A stretch of DNA of 64,000 nucleotides. Origin: Chiloscyllium plagiosum (Eukaryota). Under the pieces are notes generated by a model, which had not been told where the DNA came from, ran no database searches, and saw only the letters and a program-made list of their open reading frames with translations. The position numbers and the translations under genes were made by a program. Below are positions 50,790 through 63,847 of the stretch, in pieces. Where the stretch lies: the NCBI RefSeq assembly GCF_004010195.1, contig NC_057719.1, forward strand, positions 93,625,510-93,689,509. The letters run 5' to 3'. Position 1 is the first letter of the stretch. The number at the start of each line of letters is the position of its first letter.

Positions 50790-53700
50790 TAAAAAATATT
50801 TTCATTGAAAAAGAGAGTTTTAATAGTATAATAAACAAATAACAAAACAACGCAAATAACTGAACAAAATTACATCCAATTGCATATACATACAAAACAA
50901 GTTAAAACACTACACAGACAGAAGAAAAACAAAACTAAACAATAAATAATGAATAAATAATACAGCTCAGCATAACAAAACGATAGCTCTCGTTTATCAA
51001 GAGCATTAACTGATACACATTTTAATGTTCATAGGTGTTCGTTTCTGGATATTAGATTCATTAGACAATATCATCATGGCTATATAAAAGCCCTTCTTAG
51101 AGTGGCAGATAAGCTTGTCTCGCGGTAATCCAAAAAGAGCTGCCATGTCTTATATAAATCTCTGCTTTTTGGTGCACCACAGTGGTGAGAAAGTCCAAAG
51201 GGATATTCGCCATGAAGAGCTTACGATGATGACCCAATAAACCTGGGGGAGGGGGGGGGGCGGTTTCAGACATCCAACACAACAGAATATTTTTCCTAGC
51301 ACGGAAGGTAAGGACATATTTTTTTCCCACGTGCATCTCTGTAAAGTACCCTGAGCCGGAGCAGGAAAAGAGAAACCAGGTCCATCTCCAATTCAGTCCC
51401 CAACACCCACTTTATCACACCTAACCCAGCGCTCCAACATAGATGAAGCCTGTAGCAGGACCACAAGCAATGAGTAAGAGTGCCTGAGGTTATTCTGCAT
51501 TTAGGATATGCTGAAGTTAATCCCAATTTGCATTTTGAGAGACAATCTGGGGTCAGATAGACCCTGTGAAGAATTTTCAACTGCATGGAATGGGTCCTAT
51601 TACTGTTCAAAATCCTTCGAGCATTTTCACAAATATCCTCCTATGTCTCCTAAGTGTTCTGAACCCCCAACTCTCTCTCGCTGACATCACAAAGCTGCAC
51701 AGTCTCGTCTGAGGGGACACTTTCCAACCAATGATAAAGGGTACTGACAGAGAGTTTATTCTAAGCAATATGCACCCTCTTCTCTCTATCGGATCTGTAA
51801 GAGTCTGTTAAAATTGTGTTTTTTTTAAATGAAATCTCTGTTCTGGAACAAAATACAGAAGAGGTCTTAACTAGGTAGTCCATACGTACGAGTTATTTGA
51901 TCAAAAGATATCATTGTTTCTCACTAAAATAACACGTGGTGGCTCAGTGGTTCGCACTGCTGCCTCACAGCACCAGAGTCCCAGCTTTGGTTCCGGCCTT
52001 GGGTGACTGGCTGTGTGGAGCTAACATATGCTCGCCATGTCTGTATGGGTTTCCTCCCACAGTCCAAGGATGTGCCGGTTAGATGAATTGGCCATTGATA
52101 AATCACCTATAGTGTTCAGGGATATGTAGGTTTGGGTGTTAGTCAGGGTAAATATAGAATGGTCGGGGAATGGGTCTGGGGGGGGGCTACTTTTCAGAGG
52201 GTCGAAGTGGACTTGCTGCACCCAAGGGCTTGCAGCCACACAGTATGGATTCTATTAATTCTAAATCACTCAAGCAAGGCATATCTCTGGCTGCCCACAG
52301 TTTAAACATGGAATCCATTATCCCTGGTTGACAACCCGGTATACCAATTATAGGGGTAAGAAACATGTTTTGGGCTATATTGTCCTCAATGTGACGCTGT
52401 GTCATTCATGCTTTAATAGTATTGATAATTATTGGGTTATGACAATACACCATAAATATTGTCATTTTGTCTAAGACCAGCAGACTAATAAGGGTTCACT
52501 TTGTCTGCGAGGGTTCAATATCTAATCCTATTGACGCTGAGTCCTCAGCGGCCCAGACACGAACATCGGATCAAAAAGAGTTTAGCTGATAGCTTTTAAT
52601 CTGGGAGATCTACTCCCCACAATCTGTGGGGTAGTTACAATTTGGTTAGCTTGATAAAGAGTCGCTTATGGTGCCAAATAAAAGATGTAAACCAGCCATT
52701 AAGTCTCCCAAACATTTATGTGGGAAACATCAAAGGAAGCATTCATATGGAGTATAGCAAATGAGGAAGGGCATTCATTTTAACAAGAGTTATCTAACCT
52801 AGCCAGGATATTGGAAGTGCCTCCCATCTTTGAAGGTCTTGTTTAATTTTGTAAACAAATGGACATAGTTCACGTTAAATAAATGATCAAAAATGGGTGT
52901 AATGAATATACCGAAATAGAGAACCCCCCCCCCCCCCCCCCCGTGACCATTTAAAAGGAAACCAGGATTTGCCATCAACATCAGGTATTTCCCTAAGACC
53001 TCCCATAGGCATGGTCACCAACTTTGTGCAATTAATCTTAAAGCCAGAAAAGGTGACAAGCGAATTTATGCATTGCATCACGTGAGCTGCCGAAATTGAG
53101 AGATTTGACAAAAAACATAAGACACTCATCTGCATACAACATAATCTTATGTGACTTCTATTCCACCTCTCGGGCAGGTATGTTGGGGTGATATTCATAA
53201 TTATGCAGGATGCCACCGAAACCAAGATTGTTGCAGGGATGGGGAAGATATCAACCCTCGTGTGGCATTTCTGCGGGTTAAAGAACAAAATAAAATCCCT
53301 ACTTGTGAGGTAGATCTGCCGCCAGACATCCACCAACTCTGGTTCTGCACACAAATCCATTAATTGCTTACATTGTAACGAGGGTGTTGGGAGACATTTG
53401 GACATTCTGTCCACCGTGGGGCCCATAAGACAGTTGAAATCTCCTACTAAAATAATGTGCCATGAGGCAAGATAACTTAATTTGGAAAATGCATCTTCCA
53501 GGATTTTAAGCGGGTGCGCCGGGGGGGGGGCAATAAACTTTCAAAATACTGTATTATTTCCCATAGTTCAAGGTTTTAGGGATTATGATCCACCCGTGAG
53601 TGTCTAATACAATCTAGTAATTAAATGGAAGTTTCTTCCTATCCAGTATGGCTTCTCCCCTACTCCTTGTATAAAAAGACGTCAAATAAACCCGATCAAG

Positions 53701-55200
53701 CCCACCCTACTGTAACGTCAAAGATCCTCATCATCAAGGTGCATCTCCTGCAATAGGACAACATACACTCTCTCTTTTTGAAGGCTACAAAGTATATTTT
53801 TTTCCCTTTGACTGGCAGATAACTCCCATTAATGTTCCAGGTACACCATTTAAACACATCATTATCCATATCACACTGCAGCAACATTTGAACTCCAGAG
53901 AGTTTCACATCGAATTACACATCGCTGATCATTCGTGAAAAAGACTCATAGAGCCTACAAACTATCCAAACTAAAACTACTACAACTAACAAGTTCTCAA
54001 AACTTTCGAAAGCTAAACACATAAAAATTACCAAAGAACGAAACAAAGTCCAAAGTGCCAATAACACTTACTATGGGAATTTAACCCCCACCCGCCCACT
54101 GGGGACGCTTACATACCCCAAAACCTTATCTTCTGCCCGCTACCAATATGGAATGCAGGGCAATTACAACAAAAATCGGGCTTCAACTGCGCTTAGGTCG
54201 GCACTTAGTCATCACAACTACATTTGTAACCCCCTCCAGCTTGAGATGGATCCCAGACACAAGCAAGTAAAGAGAAATTGAGTAGTAATATTAATGAAGA
54301 AGTTAAAAGTGAGTACTCCACCCATCTCCAACTATAAATTAACACTGGTTAATACCTGAAAAAATCGACACAATTTCTTTAAGAGAGAAACATGATTATC
54401 TAAACATTCAGCTTACTTTAAAATGTCCACAAGTTTTCGCTTTCTGTGGAGAGTCAGACGGGTTCATGAATCCATTGAAAGCAATACGGAGCACCGTTGG
54501 GTACCGTAAGGAATATTGAATCCCGAGTTCCCTTATTCCTCACCTGACGTCATCAAAAGATTGTCTTTCTTGAATGACCGCCGCTGATAATTCCTGAAAG
54601 GACATAATCCTGGAGCCCTTGTGAATTAAAGCCATCAAATCTTTCCCCGGGGTTCTGGAAGCCTTCACCAGTCTTTGTTTGTCCCCATAACTATGTAATT
54701 GCACAAGGACAGGGCGAAGGCGTTGGTCTGAGTCTGACCTCCGATCCGTAACCCGATGAACTGTCTCAGTCTTAACCCGTCCCTCTTCAGTTTCGAAGTG
54801 AATGAATCACTGCAGCCAGTACTGAAAAATACTCACTGGCTGACCACCTTTTGTCCGGTCCAGCAAACTGACGATATGAACATTCTTCATCCTACCCCTG
54901 TTCTCGAGGTCGTCATCATGTTCAGGTAATGTTTTTTCAAGGGCGAAGATCCTGTCTTGAGAGGAATTGATCACGGTCTCTGACATTGGAGTTCGGCGCT
55001 TGACATCGTCTGTTCTGTTTCTAAGGCCGTCAAGTTACTGTTCATGTTTTTGGAGCACGGCTGAGAGCGGCTCCAGCCTACTGCTGAACTTTCTCAAGAG
55101 GAGCAGATCACATCGAAGCTCTGTCATCCTCCCACATCCAAGCATTAAAGTTGATGGTCTATTAAACAATTTATTGGAGGAGAGGACTCCACAAATATCC
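50790..55200 (-). mobile_element. Degenerate, internally deleted L1-clade LINE (ORF1 + ORF2)
   Basis: ORF1 LENRGRMKN...FQELSAAVIQ...YSLRYP; EN WNING, LVDVWR; C-terminal KILHRVYLTP...PKC...LTHCLWSC; A-rich 3' end near 50790. Confidence 0.85.
51933..52255 (+). mobile_element. HE1/V-type SINE inserted in L1
   Basis: gtggtggctcagtggttcgcactgctgcctcacagcacc head; gaattggccat core. Confidence 0.85.
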
Positions 55201-55689
55201 TCAACCTAAATATCAGGACAGCCCTGTAAATCAGTGAAAAGGTCAAGGATGTGGTGTCTGCATTATCCTCAGAGTGTTGAGTAGATATTCCACGTCACTC
55301 TCATCATGATGCCCACGGAATCACATATGCCAGTCTTCAAACAATTTGATTTGCTGCACGTGACATGAAGAAACAGCCAAACACAGAAGATACTACAAAG
55401 GCAATGGGTCCTGACACCATTCCCGTAATAGGACTGAAGACTTGTGCTGCACAACAGCTATGTTCCTGGGGAAGCTGTTTCATTCCAGATCCAACTCTGA
55501 CATCTCCCTGGCAATGTGGAAAATGACTCAACTATGTCCGATCCCCTAAGAGGAGAATAATTACAAACTGACCAATTAATACCCCTCAGTCCCATTACAA
55601 TAGTCAAATTGGTGGGAGTTTTTTTTTGACAGACCTGACAAGCAGCACAGAAATAACCTGCTCAGTGTGGTTTCCGGTAGGTCCCCATT

Positions 55690-55980
55690 TGGAGAAGGTG
55701 ATATTGTGGAAATGTCACTGGATTACATTATCAAGACCAGACTAATGCTTTGTCAGCTGGTGGAATCTATTTAAACATCGATCTCCTACCCAATGTACTT
55801 TCAGGAAGTGAATCTCCCGTGCTTTCCTGGACTGACCTAAAAGTGACTCCAGACACACAGACATGTGGTAAATTCTTCAATGGTCTCTGAAATGGCCACG
55901 CAAGACGCTCAGTTGTATCAAACTGCTCCGAGGTCTTAAAGGATATAACCGTACAGAACACCCGGCACCAACCTCAGTAT
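55690..55980 (+). mobile_element. Old tRNA-derived SINE, core resembling MetaSINE-type domain
   Basis: caggaagtgaatctcccgtgctttcctggactgacctaaaagtgactccagac...ctgaaatggcc; family assignment from memory only. Confidence 0.4.
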
Positions 55981-57539
55981 TGGAAAAGGGAATGGGAAAC
56001 AGAGTCCTGTCAACCCTGCAGAGGCCTCCTTCCTAACATCTGAGAGCTTGTGACAACAGTTGCAGAGCTTTCCCACAGACTGCACAGAAATATCAAAAAA
56101 GGAGTAGGTCATTCAACACATTGAGCTTTCCCCATTCTAGTTCATGGCCGAACATCTACCCTTTGCAGTTTTCCTGACACAGTGCTCGTACCCCTTAATA
56201 TATTTGAATATTGTGAAAAACTAAAATAAGAACTGCTGTACCCCCTTCAGACCATCAATTTTGCTCCTCTATTCAATTCACTGTGACGTGATTCCTTGTC
56301 GGGAACCAGCTGAACAGCAAATCCCAGCCTCAGGATCCTCTGTCTGCAAAATGCACAATCAACGCGTTCAGCTAAAACAGGAATGCAATCCGCTCTATAG
56401 GCCTTGAAACTGAGCCGGAAAATGGGAATTTTAGTCTACATTTAGAAAGAACTTTATTTCAAACTGTGTTTAGAATGTTGAGGTGAACTGAAATTCTGTG
56501 TTGGCATCATATGGTCAGTCAGCCCCACACGCTTTCTGGTGAAGAGTGTGGTGAAAGGTACACAGCTGTAGTCAGTGACTGCAGTGTGAAAGTGTTACTT
56601 TTACAGCATTGTTTCATTACAATATATGATATAAAGATTTACTTAGACAGTGATAATGTGCGTATTAGACTAAACTTATTTTTTGTTTTTTACTGATATT
56701 TTGGGGGGTTCGCCCCTTACACTCTTTTCTCATTAGGCCCTATTTTAATATTGCACGATTTCCCACAATACAGTGTTGCACAGGAACACAGCTACCGCGT
56801 TATTAGAGAACGAACTGGAATGATAGCTGATCTTCCAACTTCACACCATACGTCTGCTCTCTCCCTATCCCTTTACTTTCCAGAAATGCTTATTTATATT
56901 CAGTGCCTTGGTTTCCACAGCCTGATGTGGAAATGAGTTCCACTGGGTCACCAGTCTCTGTGTGAAGACATTTATTCTCATTTCAGTGAAGAGTGGCCTG
57001 TCTGTACCTAATACTGTGGCCCCTTGTTTTGGACGTCCGCGTCTGGAGAATTATCATCTCTACTTCCAACCTGTCCCACTCTGTCATATATTTCACTGAG
57101 AGCTTCACTTATTTTCTGAAACAGCATAGAATACAAGTCCAGTCGCCCCAAACTCTGCTCCCATCATCAGCCTGTCTTTCCAGACATCTGTCTGGTCATC
57201 CTTCGCTGCTCTCCTTCATTGCCAGGTTTGTTCTTTAGCAGGTGCAGAGACTAAAACTGCACGCAATAGTGCACAATGTTCGAGATGAGGTCTCACCAAG
57301 GCCCTGTACAGCTGCAGTAAATGACCCTTACTCCTGTAATCAAAGCTCCCTGAAATGAAGGTTAATACACCATTTCCCTTTCTACCTGTTTTCTGTTCCT
57401 GCAATATTGTTTTCAGTGACTGGTGTACAGGGAGATGCAGATCCTTTTCAATGTTACAGCTCCCCACATGCTGGGTCGATATACACTGGTCAGCGTGCCA
57501 ATCCCATTCCCAGTATTGACTTCCGGCTACAGAACTCAC

Positions 57540-57659
57540 GAGGAGAACGTGAGGACTGCAGATGCTGGAGATCAGAGCTGAAAAATGTGTTGCTGGAAAA
57601 GCGCAGCAGGTCAGGCAGCATCCTGCTCCTTGGATGCTGCCTGACCTGCTGCGCTTTTT
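57540..57659. mobile_element. Young Penelope-terminus element with perfect 27-bp hairpin
   Basis: 10-bp TSD cagaactcac 57530-57539 / 57660-57669; arms 57597-57623 / 57632-57658. Confidence 0.85.
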
Positions 57660-59519
57660 CAGAACTCACTGCCCTACATGGACTGGGAGGGCTGCGCAGA
57701 AGGAAACAAAAATATAGCTTCAGTTCATTAATAGATCAACATTTCTCAGCTAAATCCCTTTCCAAATGATAGGTTGCCATTCTATTGTTCCCATCAAAGT
57801 AAACAACATCACATCTCCCCCATTGCTCTCCATCTGCCACATATTTGCCCAGTCACTCCATTTGTTTCAATCACTTTGGAGCTGCTCACCCACTCACAAT
57901 CCGACATCGTTTAGTGCTGTCAGTCGACTTGGGAATATTGCATTTGAGCACCTCAATCAAAAATATGATGTGTATTGAGAATAACTGAGTCCCAAACTCC
58001 GACCCCTACTATATCCTCCAAGCCTTCCACTCTCAACACTCTATTCCTACTCACTGTTTCCTGCCAGCTCTCTCATTCTAAAACCATATCTATATATTAG
58101 CCCCAGTCCCTTAGGATTCGATTTTGCACAATAGGCTTGGGGCTTTATGAAAAATCTTCCTGAAATTCCAATCGTATTGCATTGATAACTTCTCCATAAT
58201 TTTGCTAAAAGCCACTTTCTCAAATATGATTCCCATTTCATAAATCTCTGTTGACTTTGTTAATGTCCATTACTTTCAGTCCAATACTTTCGCTAAACTG
58301 TTTAGTTGCTAATTTCATTCTATTCTCTTTTTCTCACCAGGCTAAAGTTCCCTAGTATTGCTAGGAAGTTTTCTTTTTTGTTGTTTTCTTCTGTGAAGGC
58401 ATAACTGAAGTATTTGCTCCATAGTTCTGATATTTCCCTGTCCTCAATTTTCTGGTATCAGACTGTAAGAAATATGCACCTTTTTTCTCTTAATTTTGCC
58501 ATTGACATATTTTCAGAAGATATTACAGGTTCACTGTTATAAATTTTGTTAAGACATTCTTCAGAAACCCATCAATTTCTATTTTAAGCTACTCAATGAT
58601 TGGCCTTCCACAGCCATACAATCACAGAAGCACAGACTCTGCACCATCAGAAATACAGTACGGTCTACATGAATCCCACTTTCCGACACAAGACCCATAG
58701 CTGTGAATCTTATGGCATTTCAAGTGCACAGCCATGTATTTTCTAATGGTTTTGATGTTACCATGACAACACCCCTCTCAAGAAGTGCATTCCAGCCCCC
58801 AGCACTCTCTGGGTTAAAAACAATCCATAAATCCTCACTAAACCTCAATCCCGTCACTTTAAAATTGTGGTCCTTTGACTAAAACGAACAGCTGCTTTCC
58901 ATCCACCCTGTCCATGTCCCTCGTAATCTTATCATTCTGAATCATGGCTCCCTCAGCCTTCTCTCCTCCAAAGTATGCTACCAAGCTTATCCAGCCTCTC
59001 TCCGTAGCTGATATGCTCCATCCCAAGGAACATCCTTGTGAATCTCTTCTGCACCCCCTCCAGTACACTCACATCCTTCCTGTAATGTGGCTCCCAGAAC
59101 TACACACAGTATTCCATCTTGGCATCACCAAAGTTCTGCATAGCTCTTGTAGTCTATGCTTTGATGAATAAAGGCTATATTAATGGTCCCCTATGCTTTC
59201 TCAAGTTGTGCATTAACAGGCATGTTCAGCCATGTGTGGAGAAGAACCCTTGGTCCTTCCTCGTGTGCTGCCATTCATTGAGTACTCCCCTGTCTGGTTC
59301 CTTCCTCCAAAGTGCATCACCTCAAATTTATCAGGGTTACATTCCATCTGCCATTGATCCACCCATCTGACCATTCCATCTGTATCTTCCTGTAACATAA
59401 GACCTTCCTCATCACTGCCAAACACCCGGCCAATCACTGCATACCACACAAACGTACTTATCACAACTCCCCTACCCCTTGCCCATATTCACAGCTGGAT
59501 CATTTATGAATACCACAAA

Positions 59520-59739
59520 TGGTACCATTAAAAATCACACAACGTCAGCTTATAGTCTAACGGGTTTATTCGGAGGCACGAGCTTTCGAAGCACTGCTTC
59601 TTCGTCAGGTGGTTATGCGTTTTGATGAAGAAGCAACGCTTTTATAGCTCGTGCCTCCGAATAAACCTGTTAGACTAAAACCTGGTGTTATGCGATTTTT
59701 AGCTTTGTCCACGTCAGTCCAACACCAGCACCTCTGAAT
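59520..59739. mobile_element. Palindromic mini-element with hammerhead motifs in both orientations
   Basis: ~80-bp inverted arms 59530-59610 / 59620-59700; cacaaa repeat at 59514-59519 / 59740-59745; absent at paralogous site ~28375. Confidence 0.85.
59577..59611 (-). ncRNA. Intact minimal type I hammerhead ribozyme motif
   Basis: CAC-CUGACGA-A-GAAGC-AGU-GCUUC-GAAA-GCUC-GUG: all core nucleotides, 5-bp stem II, stem I CAC/GUG, palindromic AGCU stem III. Confidence 0.78.
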
Positions 59740-61464
59740 CACAAAAGATAAGGGACACAGCACTGGTCCCCGTGGTACACTATTGGACACTGGCCTCCAG
59801 TCACTCAAACAGCCTTCCAACACTACTCTCTGTCTCCTACCAGTAAAGTTGATTTGGATGCAACTTGGCAATTCCTGAATGAGTCCGAAGTGCTTCCTGG
59901 TTATTCTGTTCCGCTTGACACACTTGTAGATTATCTGAGAATGCTCCCTAATTTTGCACTGCCTGCAGGTTTCCATCCCGATGTGTTAATCAGTCCCCTC
60001 CGAGTGAACAATTTCATTGTTAATGCAGTCTTAACTGTCCTGCCCCATATCATGTCATTATTTGCCGTGAATGTGGAATAGATAGCCAGGGAAGCTTTCT
60101 GTTAATTTCCAATATGTCATGTGTTTTGCGAATTTTCTAAATTTCTCTGTGACCCATCTCTCATTCTTTGAAACTCTCGAGAACAAAGGCCGAGTTTCCT
60201 CATCAGGCAATCTCGCCATCTGAGGGATTAATCTGGACAATATCCATTGTACTTCCTCTTTGGTCAATATATTCTTTCTCAGATTCGGTCACCAAAACTG
60301 GACTCAATACTCCAGGTAGAGACCCACCAACACGCTGTGAAACTGCTTCAACATGTCTTTACATCAATGTTCTGATTCTCTTAAATGTCAGCGAACCAAA
60401 GTTTAATTTTCCACTTACGTATATCCTTCCAAATTCCCTTCACATCCATTGCATTTACGAACTCACTGTTTGAGTTCTTACAGAAACCCTTCCGAAAATC
60501 TAATATATGCCACTTCGACTGGTTCCCCATTATCTATGCTGTAAGAAACAACTTCAAACAATGCCGAAGTTTATCAAGTATGATTTATCTATCAGAAATG
60601 CATGCGGATTCTCTCCATTGTTGCTGTTAATTTCAAAATATCAAAAATCTCATCCTGTGTAATAGATTCCAACAGTTTCCCTACAGATGTCAAGTTAATT
60701 GGTCTGCAGTTCTCCAGACGATGTCTTTTTTCCCTTTGTAGCTGTTTGCATCCCTTCCATTCATCTATTGGCTCACGTTTACTAACTTCCATTTATCCAC
60801 AATAGTTTCCGGCCTCTGCAGAATGTACAGGAAAGTAAAACATAGTCATCGGCAGTGCAATTCATACTACTCTTGGTGATTTATTTCTGATATTTTGATA
60901 GGGAGTACATCTGCTTCGTCAGACTTAGCAATGCTCAATCCAGCTACATGTTCAACTACTACCTTGTTACTGATATGAATTGACTTTATGTCTTTAGCTC
61001 CAGAAGGCCGATATGATCACTTGGTATTTCTGGCTGATTTTCTGGATCTTCCTCCATGAAGACAGATGAAAAGTAACTGGTTATTTTCTTGGCCATTTCC
61101 CTGTTCCCCACAATGACCTCTCCTCTCCCAATTACAAATTTCCACATTTGACCTTGCTTTTATTGTGTTTCCTTTGAAATATTGATCGTAGATTTTTGCA
61201 GTCTTTGTGTTCCCGTTTGTTAGCATGCACGTTCTATTTTTGATATCTTTATCAGTTTTATGGCCTTCGTTTTCTGGATCGTTAATTTCTGAGAATTATC
61301 AGGTTTCCACAATATCTGGAATTCTTCTGAAGCCACTTCCTTAGCTTAATATATTTTCTAATTTTTTCTGTTAACCATATTTGAGTCACTTTCTCTTCTT
61401 TCATGTTTGTACCTGAAATAAATAGACGTTAATTTCAAAATTTTCAGTATTTCTAAAACCTCCT

Positions 61465-63040
61465 AGTCCTGACCAGACATATTCAGGAACACTGCAGGAG
61501 GACAGAGAAGAAATTGCAGGAGCCCTGGTTGGTTCTTTTCCATCATCACTGGACAACAAGTGAGGTTCCAGATAACTGGAGGGTAGCGAATGCTGTGCAC
61601 TTATTCAAGAAAGGCTACAAGGATAAAGCTGGGAACTAAAGAACAGCAAGGGTGTGATTCGGAGTAAAATTAGGATGGTGTTGGAAAAGTAGAGCAGGTC
61701 AGGCAGCATATGAGGAGCAGGAAAATCGATGTTTTGGGCAAAAGTCCTTCATCAAAGTCAGCACAGCTTTGTGCATGGGATAGCATTACTCGCAAGTCTT
61801 TTGGAGTACTTTGATGAAGTAACCAGCAACGTTGAGGAGGGCAGCTGGTATACGTAGTCTATATGGATTCCAGTAAGGCCTTTAATAAGGCTCCACGTGG
61901 TATGCTGCTCTGGAAGATTAGGTCACATGGAATTGAGGGGGATCTGGCAAATTAGGAATAAAATTGGCTTGATGGTAGGAAGCAGACGGTAATACTGTAA
62001 GAATGCAGGTCAGACTGGAGTTCTGTGACCAGTGGAATGACTCAGGGGTTGTTTCTGAGTCCACTAAATATTACATATATTATTGATTTAGATGAGAATG
62101 AGCAGGCATGATTTGTAAGATTGAAAACGACACTAAAATAGACCGCATCATGGAGAATGAGGAAGGTTATCAGAAATTTCAGAAATGACAGCAGCATCTT
62201 GATCAGCTGGGGAAGTCGGCTGAGAATTGGCAAATGGAGTTTAATATAGATCAGTGTAAGTTCTTGCATTTTAGAAAGTCAAATCAAGATGGAGTTTCAT
62301 GGTGAATGGGTGGATCCCAAAGAGTGTAGTGGAACAGAAGGATCTTGGAATTCAGGTGCATGGTTCTCTAAAAGTTGATTCAGATGTAGACAGGGCAGTG
62401 AAGAAAGGTTTTGGCACATTGGCCTTCATCAGTGTATATCACTGAGTATGCAAATAAGGAGTTACCTTCCAGTTATACAGGATGCTACTGAGGCCATACT
62501 GGTCGCGTTATGTTCAGTTTTGTTCACTTTGTTATAGGAAGAATGTTATTAAACTGGAAAAAGTGCAGAAGAAATTTACAAGGATGTTGCTGTCTCAATG
62601 ATTTGATTTATAGCGAGAGGTTGGACAAGCTAGGACTTTTTACTTTAGCGTGTATGAGACTGAGGGGGATCTGATAGAAGTCTATACGATCATGACAAGC
62701 ATGGACAGAATGAATGCACTCAGTCTTTTTTCCCAGGCTTGGGCAATCACGGACTAGAGACCATCAGTTTAAGGTCAGAGGGGAAAGAACATAAGAGAGC
62801 CTAGGAGCAACTGTTTTACACAGGGGCTGGTACGCATATTGAATGAGGTGCCAGCGGAAGTGGTTGAGGCGGGTACATTAACAACATTTAAAAGGCATTT
62901 GGACATATACGGATAGGAAAGGATTAGAAGGATACGGGTCAATTGCAGGGAAATGGGGTTAGTGTGGATGGATATTTTGGTCGGAATGGACCAGATTGGG
63001 CTGAAGGAGCTGTCTCCATCCTGTTGGACTCTATGACTCT
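61465..63040 (+). mobile_element. Degenerate CR1 LINE with Penelope-terminus insert ~61650-61755
   Basis: EYFDEVT, VYMDSSKAF, ENWQMEFN; CR1 tail ending ctctatgactct. Confidence 0.85.
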
Positions 63041-63847
63041 AACAACCATTGCTTGTCTCGCACTGAATGTTATATGGTACTTTCCCAATACACTGCAGCT
63101 ATCTTGACCCTCTCGCCTCCAGTGTTCCATGATGTTTAACCAGAATGTTCAAGCATTCTATATTTTATGCAGACATGGTGCAAAATGCACCTTATTAATG
63201 TCATTATTCCTTGAAAGCTGTGTCAGAGCAAGATTATTATTTGTCATTATGACCACACAAGAGCAAATGCGAAATGAACTGCTCTCTAGTTTGCTTCGCA
63301 ACAACATCTTCAACCCACCTCATATACAGTTACAGAATTTGTTTTTCACAGCATGAGCAGTCACTTAGTTAATGCAGTTTAGATGCAACTTGTGACCATC
63401 CAATAAAACTGCAGTATTCATACTTGCATATCTAATTTCCAGAGTATACGATGCTCAGATTTTCTGCAACTATTTTAGTTTTGATATATAAAATACCAAT
63501 ATTTGCTTCTCCTTGCTATTTGTAAGCTCCACCTAAACTGATTCTGTGGAAGCTGAGGGACAGGTCTGTGGTGTTATTCGTGATAGACTTGGACAAGACA
63601 TTCGGGAGACTCACCTCGACGCTGAGATGATCTGAAGAAATGTTCAGCAATACACGACAAGTATCAAAATACTCCCCGCTCTGTCAGGATAAAGGTCACT
63701 GTATTCTCTCTGCTCCCTCACACTCACTGTATATCTGTTATAGCACCTACCCCCAAACAATCCTCACGCTCTATCTCCAAATAAGGCTCAGGCACTACCT
63801 CTCTCACTATTGAATTCAGCAACTTCCTTCCCACACTTTCTCTGTCT

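Larger units (their letters stand above)
57780..61440 (-). mobile_element. Stack of old CR1 fragments (segmental duplicate of 23890-24130 + 26870-30450)
   Basis: WVDQWQMECNPDKFEVMHFG, CRPINLTSVGKLLE; shared junctions. Confidence 0.75.

Noticed and set aside
51933..52010. tRNA genes (also 7620-7690, 6308-6360)
   Set aside because: tRNA-derived SINE heads continuous with SINE bodies; no full cloverleaf.
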